The notes under the pieces: generated by a model
What the model saw: the letters and a program-made list of their open reading frames with translations, nothing else
The model's database searches: none
Told to the model about the DNA's origin: nothing
Origin: the human T2T-CHM13v2.0 reference genome, Homo sapiens
Assembly (NCBI RefSeq): GCF_009914755.1
Contig: NC_060947.1
DNA length: 64,000 bases
Direction: 5' to 3' (one strand)
Position numbers and translations under genes: made by a program
Shown here: piece by piece, positions 1 through 22,855 of the stretch
Layout of the letters: the number at the start of each line of letters is the position of its first letter
Position numbering within the stretch: position 1 is the first letter of the stretch

Positions 1-866
1 GGTAGTTTTCTGTAATGGTAACCTTTGAATGCCATTTTCTTTCTCACTTTTGTGTTTGCTCTATGAGTTGGCTTTATACTTTTGTGTGTTTTTATTATGA
101 TATTGTTCTTTTGCTTCCATATGCAGGCCTCTCTTAAACATTTCTTGTAGTTGGTCTAGTGGTGGTGAATTCTTTCAGCTTTTGCTTGTCTGGGATAAAC
201 TTATTTTTCCTTCATTTATAGTGGGGAGGGTGGGGTTGCTTTCAGTGGCAGCATTCATAGTCAGGTGGCTGAGGAATACACACTTCAGCCCTAGGGGGTG
301 GCTATAAATGGAGAAACCTTCCTCAGGGTGGGTTAAATGAGTGGTTGCCTTGCTACTGGAAGCCATGGTGGCATCACTGCCAATGGCTCATGCTTCAGCC
401 CTAGTGACAGCATCCAGCAGTGGTGCCTGGCTTTGTGCAGAGGATATTAATGGGGCTCCAAAATGTGGAGATGTAGGGGTTTTGGGGTCCCATGGCAGAA
501 TGCAATCTGGTGAGGCCTGGGATTTCAATATGGCACCTTGTTGTAGCTGCTTAGGACTCAGGAAATGTGTGGGATCCAATGTGAGTTTCCTCTCTGGAGC
601 AACATTGTTGTGTGGTTCCTAGGCAGTTCCCTATCTTACCACCAGGGCCCATGTGGGTTAAGGAACTCTCCTATGACTGGAATTGCAAGAGTAGGAAGTG
701 GGAATGTGGACTGCTGGGAGTCACTCACTTACCCTTTCCCCACACTGAGGAGCCTCACTAGGCTCCCAGTTAATCCCAGCTGAGCAGGCTGCCTGTCTTG
801 TCTGTCCTTTCTTGCCTTAGGTGTTTGCCGTCACTTCTCTATTGAATTCCAGCCTTCTCTCTTAGA
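1..866 (-). mobile_element. Old L1 (L1M-type) fragment: ORF1 3' end joined by internal deletion to 5'UTR-like sequence
   Basis: 1-220 resembles minus-strand L1 ORF1 end (catttcttgtag..ggtctagtggtggtgaattctttcagcttttgcttgtctggga); GC-richer 5'UTR-like sequence follows. Confidence 0.65.
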
Positions 867-5408
<4,542 letters not shown>

Positions 5409-5742
5409 ATTTTGCTGTTACCTGTAGACATACTTCTGTGCAATATAACATGGGAATTTATTCCTCATATTTAATTGTAACTTTGTACCTGTTGACCAAC
5501 TTCTTTCCATCTTCCCCTGCCCCGTCCCCGCTCCATTCTTTGATAATCACTGTTCTATTCTCTGTGATATCAGCTTTTTTAAAAATTAAGATTATACATG
5601 TAAGTGAAACCATGCAGTATTTGTCTTTCTATGTCTGGCTTATTTCACTTATCATGGTGTTCCCCAGGTTCATCCATGTCATTGCAAATGACAAGATTTT
5701 TATTCTTTTCTATGGCTGAATAGTATTCTAATGTGTGTATGT

Positions 5743-6053
5743 ATTTTTTTCTTTTTTTTTTTTTTAGACAGAATCTCATTTTGTCACCCAGGCTGGAGTG
5801 CAGAGGCATGATGTCGGCTCACTGCAAGCTCCACTTCCTGGGTTCAAGCGATTCTTGTTTCTCATGCCTCAGCCTCCCTAGCAGCTGGAATTACAGGTGC
5901 ATGCCACCCTGCCCTGCTAATTTTTGTATTTTCAGTAGAGACAGCATTTCATCCTATTGGCCAAACTGGTCTCAAACTCCTGACCTCAACTTATCCACCC
6001 GCCTTGGCCTCCCAAAGTGCTGTGATTACAGGCATGAGCCACCATGCCTGGCC
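5743..6053 (-). mobile_element. AluS-like SINE
   Basis: Poly(T), both arms, ends ..gagccaccatgcctggcc. Confidence 0.93.
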
Positions 6054-6162
6054 AACACCACATTTTCTATATCCATTTTTTTGTTAATGAACACAGATTG
6101 ATTTCATATCTTGGCTATGGTGAATAGTGCTGCAATAAACATGGTAGTGCAGATACACCTTT

Positions 6163-12258
<6,096 letters not shown>

Positions 12259-12449
12259 CAGATACACCTTTAAAATAATGATTTTATTTCCTTTGTATAT
12301 ATACCCAGTAGTGGGATTGCTGTATCATATGGCAGTTCCATTTTTAATTTTTAAGGAATCTCTATACTGCTTTCCATAATGGCTGTAGTAGCTTGCAGTC
12401 TTCTTTTTAATTAATCAAAAATTTGTTAGTAATTCAATTCATATTTTCT

Positions 12450-12545
12450 TTTTTTATTATACTTTAAGTTTTAGGGTACATGTGCACAATGTGCAGGATT
12501 GTTACATATGTATACATGTGCCATGTTGGTGTGCTGCACCCCTTA
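12450..12545 (-). mobile_element. 96-bp extremely 5'-truncated L1PA 3' end
   Basis: ttattatactttaagttttagggtacatgtg..gtgctgcacc flanked by 16-bp TSD tcaattcatattttct (12434-12449, 12546-12561). Confidence 0.93.
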
Positions 12546-12885
12546 TCAATTCATATTTTCTATTGACTTTTTCAATGTACAGTTTTGGTTCAATTTTTCA
12601 GTGGTTGCTCTAGAAATGTACAGTATGTATATATCCTTATCACAGTCTACCTTGATTTACTATTCTACTATTTTGCAATCAATGTAAGAAAAGCACAACA
12701 GCGTAATTCTGTTTTCAACCCATCTAGCCCTTGATGCTATTGTTATTATATAATTTTCTTCTACATGTGTTGTAAAGCCCACCATACATTCTTATTATTT
12801 TTCCTTTTAGATAATTCATATTTTATTTTTCTTTACTATTTTAATTTTAAAAGTCAATAATCTTTTTAAGGCATTTGAAAATAAT

Positions 12886-15800
12886 CTTCCACAATGGTTG
12901 AACTAATTTATACTCCCACCAACAGTGTAAAAGCATTCCTATTTCTCCACATCCTCTCCAGCATCTGTTTCCTGACTTTATAATGATTGCCATTCCAACT
13001 GGTGTGAGATGGTATCTCATTGTGGTTTTGATTTGCATTTGTCTAATGACCAGTGATGATGAGTATTTTTTCAAATGTTTGTTGGCTGCAAAAAATGTCT
13101 TCCCTTGGGAATTGTCTGTTCATATCCTTCACCTGCTTTTTGATGGGGTTGTTTGATTTTTCATTGTAAATTTGTTTAAGTTCTTTGTAGATTCTTGATA
13201 TTAACCGTTAGTCAGATGGATATATTGCAAATTTTTTTCTGGCATTCTGTAGGTTGCCTGTTCATTATGATGATAGTTTCCTTTGCTGTGCAGAAGCCCT
13301 TTAGTTTATTAGATCTCATTTGTCAATTTTGGATCTTGTTGCCATTACTTTTGGTGTTTTAGTCATGAAGTCGTTGCCCATGCCTACCTCCTGAATGGTA
13401 TTGCCTAGGTTTTCTTCTAGGGTTTTTATGGTTTTAGGTCTTACGTTTAGGTCTTAAATCCATCTTGAGTTAATTGTTGTATAATGTGTAAGGAAGGGAT
13501 CCAATTTCAGTGTTTTACATATGGCTAGTCAGTTTTCCTGCACCATTTATTAAATAGGGAACCCTTTCCCCATTGCTTGTTTTGGTCAGGTTTATCAGAG
13601 ATCAGATGATTTTAGATGTGTGATGTTATTTCTGAGGCCTCTCTTCTGTTCCATTGATCTATATATCTGTTTTGGAACCAGTGCCATACTGTTTTGGTTA
13701 CTTTAGCCCTGTAGTATAGTTTGAAGTCAGGTAGCATGATGCATGCAGGTTTGTTTTTTTGCTTAGGATTGTCTTGGCTATGTGGGCTCTTTTTTGTTTC
13801 CATATGAAATTTAAAGGACTTTTTTTTCCAATTATGTGAAGAAAGTCAATGGTAGCTTGATGGGGATAACATTGAATCTATAAATTACTTTTGTCATTCT
13901 GGCCATTTTCACAAAATTGATTCTTCCTATCCATAAGCATGGAATGCTTTTCGACTTGTTTGTGTCCTCTCTTATATCCTTGAGCAGTGGTTTGTAGTTC
14001 TCCTTGAAGAGGTCCTACACATCCGTTATAAGTTGTATTCCTAGGTATTTTATTCCCTTTGTAGCAATTGTGAATGGGTTTTCACTCATGATTTGGCTCT
14101 CTGTTTGTCTATTATTGGTGTATAGGAATGCTTGTGACTTTTGCATATTAATTTTGTATCCTGAGACTTTGCTGAGGTTGCCTATCAGCTTAAGGAGATT
14201 TTGGGCTGAGACGATGGGGTTTTCTAAATATATAATCATGTCATCTGCAAACAGAGACAATTTGACTTCCTCTTTTTCTAATTGAATACCCTTTATTTCT
14301 TTCTCTTGCCTGATTGCCCTGGCTAGAACTTCCAATAATATGTTGAATAGGAGTGGTGAGAGAGGGCATCCTTGTCTTGTGTTGGTTTTCAAAGGGAATG
14401 CTACTAGCTTTTGCCCATTCAGTATGATATTGGCTGTGGGTTTGTCATAAATAACTCTTATTATTTTGAGATGTGTTCCATCAATACCTAGTTTATTGAG
14501 AGATTTTAGCATGAAAGGCTGTTGAATTTTGTCAAAGGCTTTTCTGCATCTATTGAGATAATCATGTGGTTTTTATCATTGGATGTGTTTATGTGATGGA
14601 TTATGTTTATTGATTTGAGTATGTTGAACCAGCCTTCCATCCCAGGGATGAAGCTGACTTGATCGTGGTATATAAGCTTTTTGATGTGCTGCTGCATTCA
14701 GTTTGTCAGTATTTTATTGAGGATTTTTGCATCGTTGTTCATCAGGGATATTGGCCTGAAATTTTCTTTTTTTTTTTTTTTTTGGTGTGTCTCTGCCAGG
14801 TTTTGGTATCAGGATGATGCTGACCCCATAAAATGAGTTAGGGAGGATTCCCTCTTTTTCTATTGTTTGGAATAATTTCAGAAGGAATGGTACCAGCTCC
14901 TCTTTGTACCTCTGGTAGAATTTGGCTGTGAATTCATCTGGTCCTGAACTTTTTTTGGTTTGTAGGCTATTAATTACTGCCTCAATTTCAGAACTTGTTA
15001 TTGGTCTATTCAGGGATTTGACTTTTTCTTGGTTTAGTCTTGGGAGGGTGTATTTGTACAGGAATTTATCCATTTCTTCTAGATTTTCTAGTTTATTTGG
15101 GTAGAGGTGTTTATAGTATTCTCTGATGATACTTTGTATTTCTGTGGGATTGGTGGTGATAACACCTTTAGCATGTTTTCATTATGTCTATTTGATTCTT
15201 CTCCCTTTTCTTCTTTATTAGTCTGGCTAGTGGTCTACTGATTTTGTTGATCTTTTCAAAAAAATAGCTCCCGGATTCATTGGTCTTTTTGAGGGTTTTT
15301 GTGTCTCTTCTTCAGTTCTGCTCTGATCTTAGTTATTTCTTGTCTTCTGCTAGCTTTTGAATTTCTTTGCTCTTGCTTGTCTAGTTTTTTTAATTTTGAT
15401 GTTAGAATTTCAATTTTAGATCTTTCTTCCTTTATTTTGTGGGCATTTAGTGCTATAAATTTCCCTCTACACACTGCTTTAAATGTGTTCCAGGGACTCT
15501 GATATGTTGTGTCTTTGTTCTCATTGATTTCAAATAACTTATTTTTTTCTACCTTAATTTCATTATTTACCCAGTAGTCATTCAGGAGCAGGTTGTTCAG
15601 TTTCCATGTAGTTGTGCAGTTTTGAGTGAGCTTCTTAATCCTGGGTTTTAATTGGCTTGCACTGTGGTCTGAGAGCCTGCTTGTTATGATTTCCATTATT
15701 TTGCATTTGCTGAGGAGTGTTTTACTTCCAATTATGTGGTCAATTTTAGAATAAGTGTGATGTGGTGCTCAGAAGAATGTATATTCTGTTGATTTGGGAT

Positions 15801-17702
15801 ATAGAGTTCTGTAGATGTCTATTAGCTCTGCTTGGTCCAGAGCTGAGTTCAAGTCCTGAATATCCTTGTTAATTTTCTGTCTGATTGATCAGTCTAATAT
15901 TGAGAGTGGGGTATTAAAGTCTTCCTCTATTATTGTGTGGGAGTCTAAGTCTCTTTGTGGGTCTCTAAGAACTTGTTTTATAAATCTAGGTGCTCCTGCA
16001 TTAGGTAAATATATTTAGGATAGTTAGCTTTTCTTGTTACATTGATCCCTTTACCATTATGTAATGTCCTTCTTTGTCTCTTTTGATCTTTGTTGGTTTA
16101 AAGTCAGTTTTATCAGAGACAAGGATTGTAACCCCTGCTTTTTTTTGTTTCCATTTGTTTGATAAATATTCCTCCATCCCTTTATTTTGAGCCTATGTGT
16201 GTCTTGCATGTGAGATGGGTCTCCTGAATACAGCACACTGATGAGTCTTGATTTTATCCAATTTGCCAGGCTGTAGCTTTTAATTTGGGCATTTAGTCCA
16301 TTTACATTTAAGGTTAATATTGTTATTTGTGGATTTGATCCTGTCATTATGATGCTAGCTGGTTATTTTGCCAGTTGGTTGATGAAGTTTCTTCATATTG
16401 TTGATGGTCTTTACAATTTGTATGTTTTTACAGTGGCTGGTATCAGTTGTTCCTTTCCATGTTTAGTAATTCCTTCAGGAGCTCTTGTATGGCAGAACTG
16501 GTGGTGACAAAATCTCTCAGCATTTGCTTGTCTGTAAAGGATTTTATTTCTTGTTCACTTATGAAGCTTAGTTTGGCTGGATATGAAATTCTGAGTAGAA
16601 AATTCTTCCTTTAAGAATGTTGAATATTGACCCCCACTCTCTTCTGGCTTTTAGGGTTTCTGGTGAGAGATCAGTTGTTAGTCTGATGGGCTTCCGTTTG
16701 TGGGTAACATGACCTTTCTTTCTGGCTACTCTTAACATTTTTTCCTTCATTTCAACCTTGGTGAATCTGATGATTATGTCTTGGGGTGCTCTTCTTGAGG
16801 AGTAACTTTGTGGTGTTCTCTGTATTTCCTGAATTTGAATGTTGGCCTGTCTTTCTAGGTTGGGGAAGTTCTCCTGGATAATATGCTGAAGAGTGTTTTC
16901 CAACTTGGTTCCATTCTCCCTGTCACTTTCAGGTACACAAATCAAACATAGATTTGGTCTTTTCACATAGTCCCATATTTCTTGGCAGCTTTGTTCATTG
17001 CTTTTCACACTTTTTTCTCTAATCTTGTCTTCTCACTTTATTTCATTGAGTTGATCTTTAATCTCTGATATCCTTTCTTCCACTTGATCATTTGGCTATA
17101 TATTTCAGAGATGCCCTGTCCACTGAGGAGGAATCTAGAGAGGCAGTCGGCCTTGCTGAGCTGCGGTGGGCTGCATCCAGTTCGAACTTCCTGGTGACTT
17201 TGTTTACACTCTGAGGGTAAAACCACCTACTCAAGCCTCAGCAATGGTAGACACATTTCCCCCCACCAATCTCAAGCATCCCAGGTCAACCTCAGACTGC
17301 TGTGCTAGCAGGAAGAATTTTGAGCCAGTGGATATTAGCTTGCTGGGCTCCATGGGGGTAGGACCCATCGAGCCAGACACCAGAGGGAATCTCCTGGCCT
17401 GCAGGTTGTGAAAACAGTGGGAAAAGTGTAGTATCTGGGCTGCAGTGTACCTTTCCTCCTGGTACAGTCTCATGACTTCCCTTGGCTGAGAAAGGGAAAT
17501 CCCTCCACCTGTTGCACTTCCCTGGTGAGGTGATGCCCCACCCTGCTTTGGTTCACCCTGTGTGGTCTGCACCCAGTCTCCAACCAATCACAATGAGATG
17601 AATCATGTATCTCAGTTGGAAATGTTGAAATCACCCACCTTCTGCATCAATCTCACTGGGAGCTGCAGACAAGAGCTGTTCCTATTCAGCCATCTTGCCA
17701 GG
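12886..17702 (-). mobile_element. LINE-1, about L1PA7/L1PA8 age, lacking its 3' end and with an internal deletion near 17100
   Basis: Starts inside the ORF2 C-terminal region (ttccacaatggttgaactaat); ORF2 and ORF1 fragments; 5' end cctattcagccatcttgccag; jumps from ORF1 to mid-5'UTR near 17100. Confidence 0.9.
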
Positions 17703-17891
17703 CCATATTTATCACTTCTACTGTTGTTTCTTCCTTCTTGCAGATTCAGGCTTCCACCTGGTATCATTTCTTTTCACCCTGAAAATTTCCCTTTTATATT
17801 TATTGAAGTAAAAACTGTTGGTAAGAAATTCTCCCATCCCAATTGTTGTTTGTTTAAAGATATTTCTATTCTTCCTTCATTTCTAATTCAG

Positions 17892-18502
17892 TTATATTAT
17901 AGACAGCATTCTAAAATGTTTCTGCCCCAAGATTCCTGGTCCCTAATTACTCAATCAACACTAATTTAGGTACTGCTGTTAAAGTAATTTGCAGATGTAA
18001 TTAAAGTATGAAATAATTTGGTTTTAAGATTTCTGAGTGGGTCTGACTTAATAAAATCATCCCTTTTATAGCTGAGACTTTTATCTGTCTGGCAGCAGAA
18101 AAGAAAGTCAAATATATTGGAAATATAAGACGGATTCCCCACAAGGGAGGTTCTCTTTTGCTGAAATACAGAAGCCATGGGACAAGGTACTGAAGACAGC
18201 CTCTATTTGTTGATGGAATTCCCTGGCAGACATTCAGGGGAATATAAGGAAGTGTTTGAGCCCAACAACCTCAGTGAATTGAATTCTGCCAACAATAATT
18301 TTGGAAGCTTTTTTTTTTTTTCAGATGATAACTCAACCCAACTGACACCTTGATTTTATCCTTGTGATTTCCTGAGCAGACAACTCAGTCATGCTGTGCA
18401 GGACTTCTGACCTACAGAAACTGTAACATAATAAATGGGTGTTGTTTTAAGTTAGTAAGTGTGTAGAAGTAATTTGCTATGTAGCAACAGAAAACTAATA
18501 GA
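17892..18502 (+). mobile_element. MaLR solo LTR, MLT1E-like
   Basis: Starts ..agacagcattctaaaatg..cccaagattcc, contains tttgcagatgtaattaa, ends ggacttctgacctacagaaactgt..ataataaatgggtgttgttttaag..aaaactaataga. Confidence 0.85.
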
Positions 18503-19469
18503 GGATATAATTTACATTAAGTAAAATGCTTACATCTTAAGGATGCCAGTTTTGTAAAATAAATATACTCATCTTACCCACATCCTTATGAAGATACAGA
18601 ATATTTCCATTATCCAAGAACATTTCCTCAAACCCTCCTAGTCAACCGTACTACCACCAGTAACTCTTAATCTGATTTCTATCATTTTAGGTTAGTTTTT
18701 ATGTTGCAGAATTTTATATTAGTTCAATCATTCAGTTGTACTTTTTGTGTCAGCTTATTTCACTCAGAATAATACTTTTTAGATTCAGCCATGTTATTGA
18801 TCATTAATTTTATTGCTGAGTAGTATTCCATTACACAAATATCCCACAGTTTATCATAATTGTATTGATAGACATCTAAGCTGTTATCACATTTTAGCTA
18901 TAATCAATAAAGCTGTTGTGAACATTCTCGAATAGGTCTTTTTTGAACATGTTTTTATTTCTTTTGGATAACTACCTACAGATGGAATTACTTTGTACAT
19001 ATATATACATGTATATGTCTATACATGTATATATGACGTAGATATATGTTTAACTTTACAAAAACTGATAGTTTTTAAACTTATAGCCATTCATATCCTT
19101 TTCCTCTCCCATCAGCAATGTAAAAGAGTTCTTATTATTTCATATCTTCTCCAACATTTGGTGTTGTCATTTTTTTAAACAATCCTAGTGGGTATGTAAC
19201 AGTATCTCATTATGATTTCGATTTTCATTTTCCTGATGACCACTGATATTAGGCATCCTTTCATGTTCTTATTGGCTACTCATATATCTTATTTTCCGAA
19301 GTGTACTTCTGAGTGATTTTGCCTAGACTTACTCGGTGGATTTTTATTTACTTTTGAGTTATAGAAATTTTTTCTTTCTATTCTGAATACAAGTCATTTG
19401 TCTGCTCCATGTTGCAAATATATTATCCAATCTGTAACTTGTCTTTTCAATCCCTTAATGTTGTCTGTG

Positions 19470-19582
19470 TTTATTTATTTATTTATTTCGAGGCTGGACT
19501 CAAACTCCTGAATTGAAGCTATCCTCCTGCCTCAGCCTCCTGAGTAGCTGGGACTATAGGCATGTGCCAACATACCTGGCTA
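19470..19582 (-). mobile_element. Alu monomer (FLAM-like) fragment
   Basis: (TTTA)n tail then aggctggactcaaactcctg..cctcagcctcctgagtagctgggactatagg. Confidence 0.8.
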
Positions 19583-20199
19583 ATATTTTTTCAAAAAAAG
19601 AAGGATTTAATTTTGATAAAGTAAATTATATTAACTTTTTTTAATGTTTCATACTTTCTGTGTTCTAAGAAACCTCTGAATACCACAAGTTATAAAATAT
19701 ATTATTTCATCTATTCTTCTAGTAGCTTTATAGTTTTAACAATTGTGGTTGGGTCAATGATCCGTCTTAGATTTTGTGTGTCGTGTTGTATGAAATAGTA
19801 GTCTAGGATTTTCTTCTATGTGGCTGCCCAATTATTCCAGAATCATTTGTTAAAGAGATTACCTTCTGCCCAGTAATTTGCTTTGTGCTCTTTATGAAAA
19901 TATTATATGTTGAACTATTTATGAACTTTCCATTTTTTTCCAGTGATATATTTACTTATTCTGTTGCCAGTGCCAATTGTCTTGATTACTGTTGCTTATA
20001 CAAAGCCTTAAATTCAGGTAGTGTGAGTCCTTCCACTTTCTCCTTGTTTTAAAGATTGTTTTGACTATTCTAGATATTTTGCCTTCCCAAATAAGTTTTA
20101 AAATCAGCTTGTAAATTTCTAGAAAAATAACTGAATGGAATTTTGGGGATTGCATTTAATCAATGTTGCCCAATTGAATTTTTTGGTAATTGAATTTTT

Positions 20200-21500
20200 T
20201 GTAAAGACCTGAAGCTATGAAACTACTAAAAGAAAACATTGGAGAAATTCTACAGGACATTGGTCTCGGCAAAGAATTTTTGTGTAAGACATCAAGACAC
20301 AGGCAATTAAAACAAGAGCAGACAAATAGGATTACATCAACCTAAAAAGCTTTTGCACAACAAAGGAAATAATCAACATTGTGAAGAAGCAACCTACAAA
20401 ATTTGATAAAATATTTGTAAACTATCCATCTGACAAGGGATTAATAACCAGAATATATAAGGAACTCAAACAACTCAATAGCAAAAAAAAAAAAAAAATC
20501 AGTTTAAAACTTGGCAAAGACCTCAATAGACATTTCTTCAAAGATATGCAAGTTGTCAACAGGCATATAAAAATGCTGAAACCACTAATCAATAAAAAAG
20601 TGCAAATCAAACCCACAATATCATCTCATCCCAGTTAGAATGGCTATTATCCAAAAGACAACAAAATCGACTGCTGGCAGAGATGTGAAGAAAGGGAAAC
20701 GCTCAAACACTGTTGGTAGGAATGTAAAATAATACAGACATTATGGAAAAGAGAGGAGCTTCCTCAAAAAAACTAAAACAGAATTACCATATGATCCTGC
20801 AATCCCACTATTGGGTATGTATTCAAAGGAAATGAAATCAGCATATGGAAAAGATATCTGCTATTTGCACTCCCATATTTATTGCAGCAATAGTCATAAT
20901 AGCCAAGATAAGCAATCAACCTAAATGTCTATCAATGGATAAATGGATAAAGAAAATATCGTATATATACACAGTTGAATATTGTTGAGCCATAAAAAGC
21001 ATGAAATGTTGACATTTTCAGCAACATGAATGAAACTGGAAGTCATTATGATAAGTGAGGTAAAGCAGGTGCAGAAGGACAAATATTGTATGTTCTTACT
21101 CATACATGGGAGCTAAAAAGTTGGATCTCATGGAAGTAGGGAGTAGAATGGGGGACACCTAGTCTGGTAAGGGAGCAGGAAAGGGGGAAGAAGAGAAGTT
21201 GCTTAATGGGTACAAAAATACAGTTACATACATGGAACAAGATCTAGTATCTGATAGTACAGTAGGGAAGTTATAGTTAACAATAATTTATTATGTATTT
21301 CAAAATAGCTAGAAGAGTTGTAATGTACCTAACATAAAGAAAGGATAAAAGTTTGAGGTGATGGATATCTCAATTACTCTGATTTGATCACTATACACTG
21401 TATACAGGTATCAAAATATCACGTACACCACAAAAATGTGTTCAACTATTATATATCAAAAAATAATATAAACAATTAAAACACAAAATTAAAACAAAAG
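20200..21500 (+). mobile_element. 5'-truncated L1MA (L1MA4-like)
   Basis: ORF2 C-terminal fragment (ORF 20381) and L1MA 3'UTR (gggtacaaaaatacagtta..tttcaaaatagctagaagag..gtttgaggtgatggata) with A-rich tail. Confidence 0.88.
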
Positions 21501-22305
21501 ATTCCATGTGTAATAAGATTATTAATAAATATAGATTTTCTACTTGTATTGATTTTGGTAATTTGATTTTTTCAAATAATTTAATCATTTCTTCTTGACT
21601 ATTGAATTTACTGGCATATAGTTGTTCATAATATGCCATTTTTATTCTTATAACACTTATGTGATCTATAGGGATATCAACTCTTTTATCCTCGATGTTG
21701 ATAATTTATGTTTTTTTTTAAACTTTGATATTTAGGGATACATGTGCAGGCTTGTTATATAGGTAAATTGCATGTCACAGAGGTTTGGTGTACAGATTAT
21801 TTCCTCCCACAGGTAATAAGCATAGCACCCAATAGGTAGTTTCTCTATCCTCACCTTCCTCCCATCCTCCACCCTCAAGTATGCCCTGGCATCTGTTCCC
21901 TTCTTTGAGACCATGTGTAATCAGTGTTTACCTTCCACTTATAAGTGAGAGAATATGGTATTCAGTTTTCTGTTCCTGTGTTCCTTCACTTAGGATAATG
22001 GCCTCAAGCTCCATTCATGTTGCTGCAAATGACATATTACTATTATTTATGGCTACATAGTATTCTATGATGTATATGTACCAAATTTTCTTTATCCTGT
22101 CTTCTGTTGATGGGCATTTAGGTTGATTCCGTATCTTTGCTATTGTAAATAGTGCTGCAGTGAACATATGCATGTATGTGTTTTTATGGTAGGATGACTT
22201 TTATTTTTGGTTCTATACCCAATAATGGGATGGCTGAGTCAGATAGTAATTCTGTTTAAAATTTTTGAGAAATTGCCAAACTGCTTTACACAAAGACTGA
22301 ACTAA

Positions 22306-22683
<378 letters not shown>

Positions 22684-22855
22684 TATTTTTTGACTTTTGA
22701 ATAATAGCCATTGTGACTAGTGTGAGATGGTATCTCATTGTGGTTTGAGTCACATTTCTCTAATGATTGGTGATGTTGAGTATGTTTTCATATGCTTGTG
22801 GGCTGTATGTACGTCTTCTTTTGAAAAAGATCTGTTTATGTCCTTTGCCCACTTT

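Larger units (their letters stand above)
12401..17890 (-). mobile_element. Ancient L1ME-like inter-ORF/ORF1-end fragment in pieces (12401-12449, 12546-12885, 17703-17890)
   Basis: Motifs ttatcacagtctacctt, tgctattgttattata and ttccacctggtatcatttcttttcaccctgaa are colinear across the younger insertions. Confidence 0.65.
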
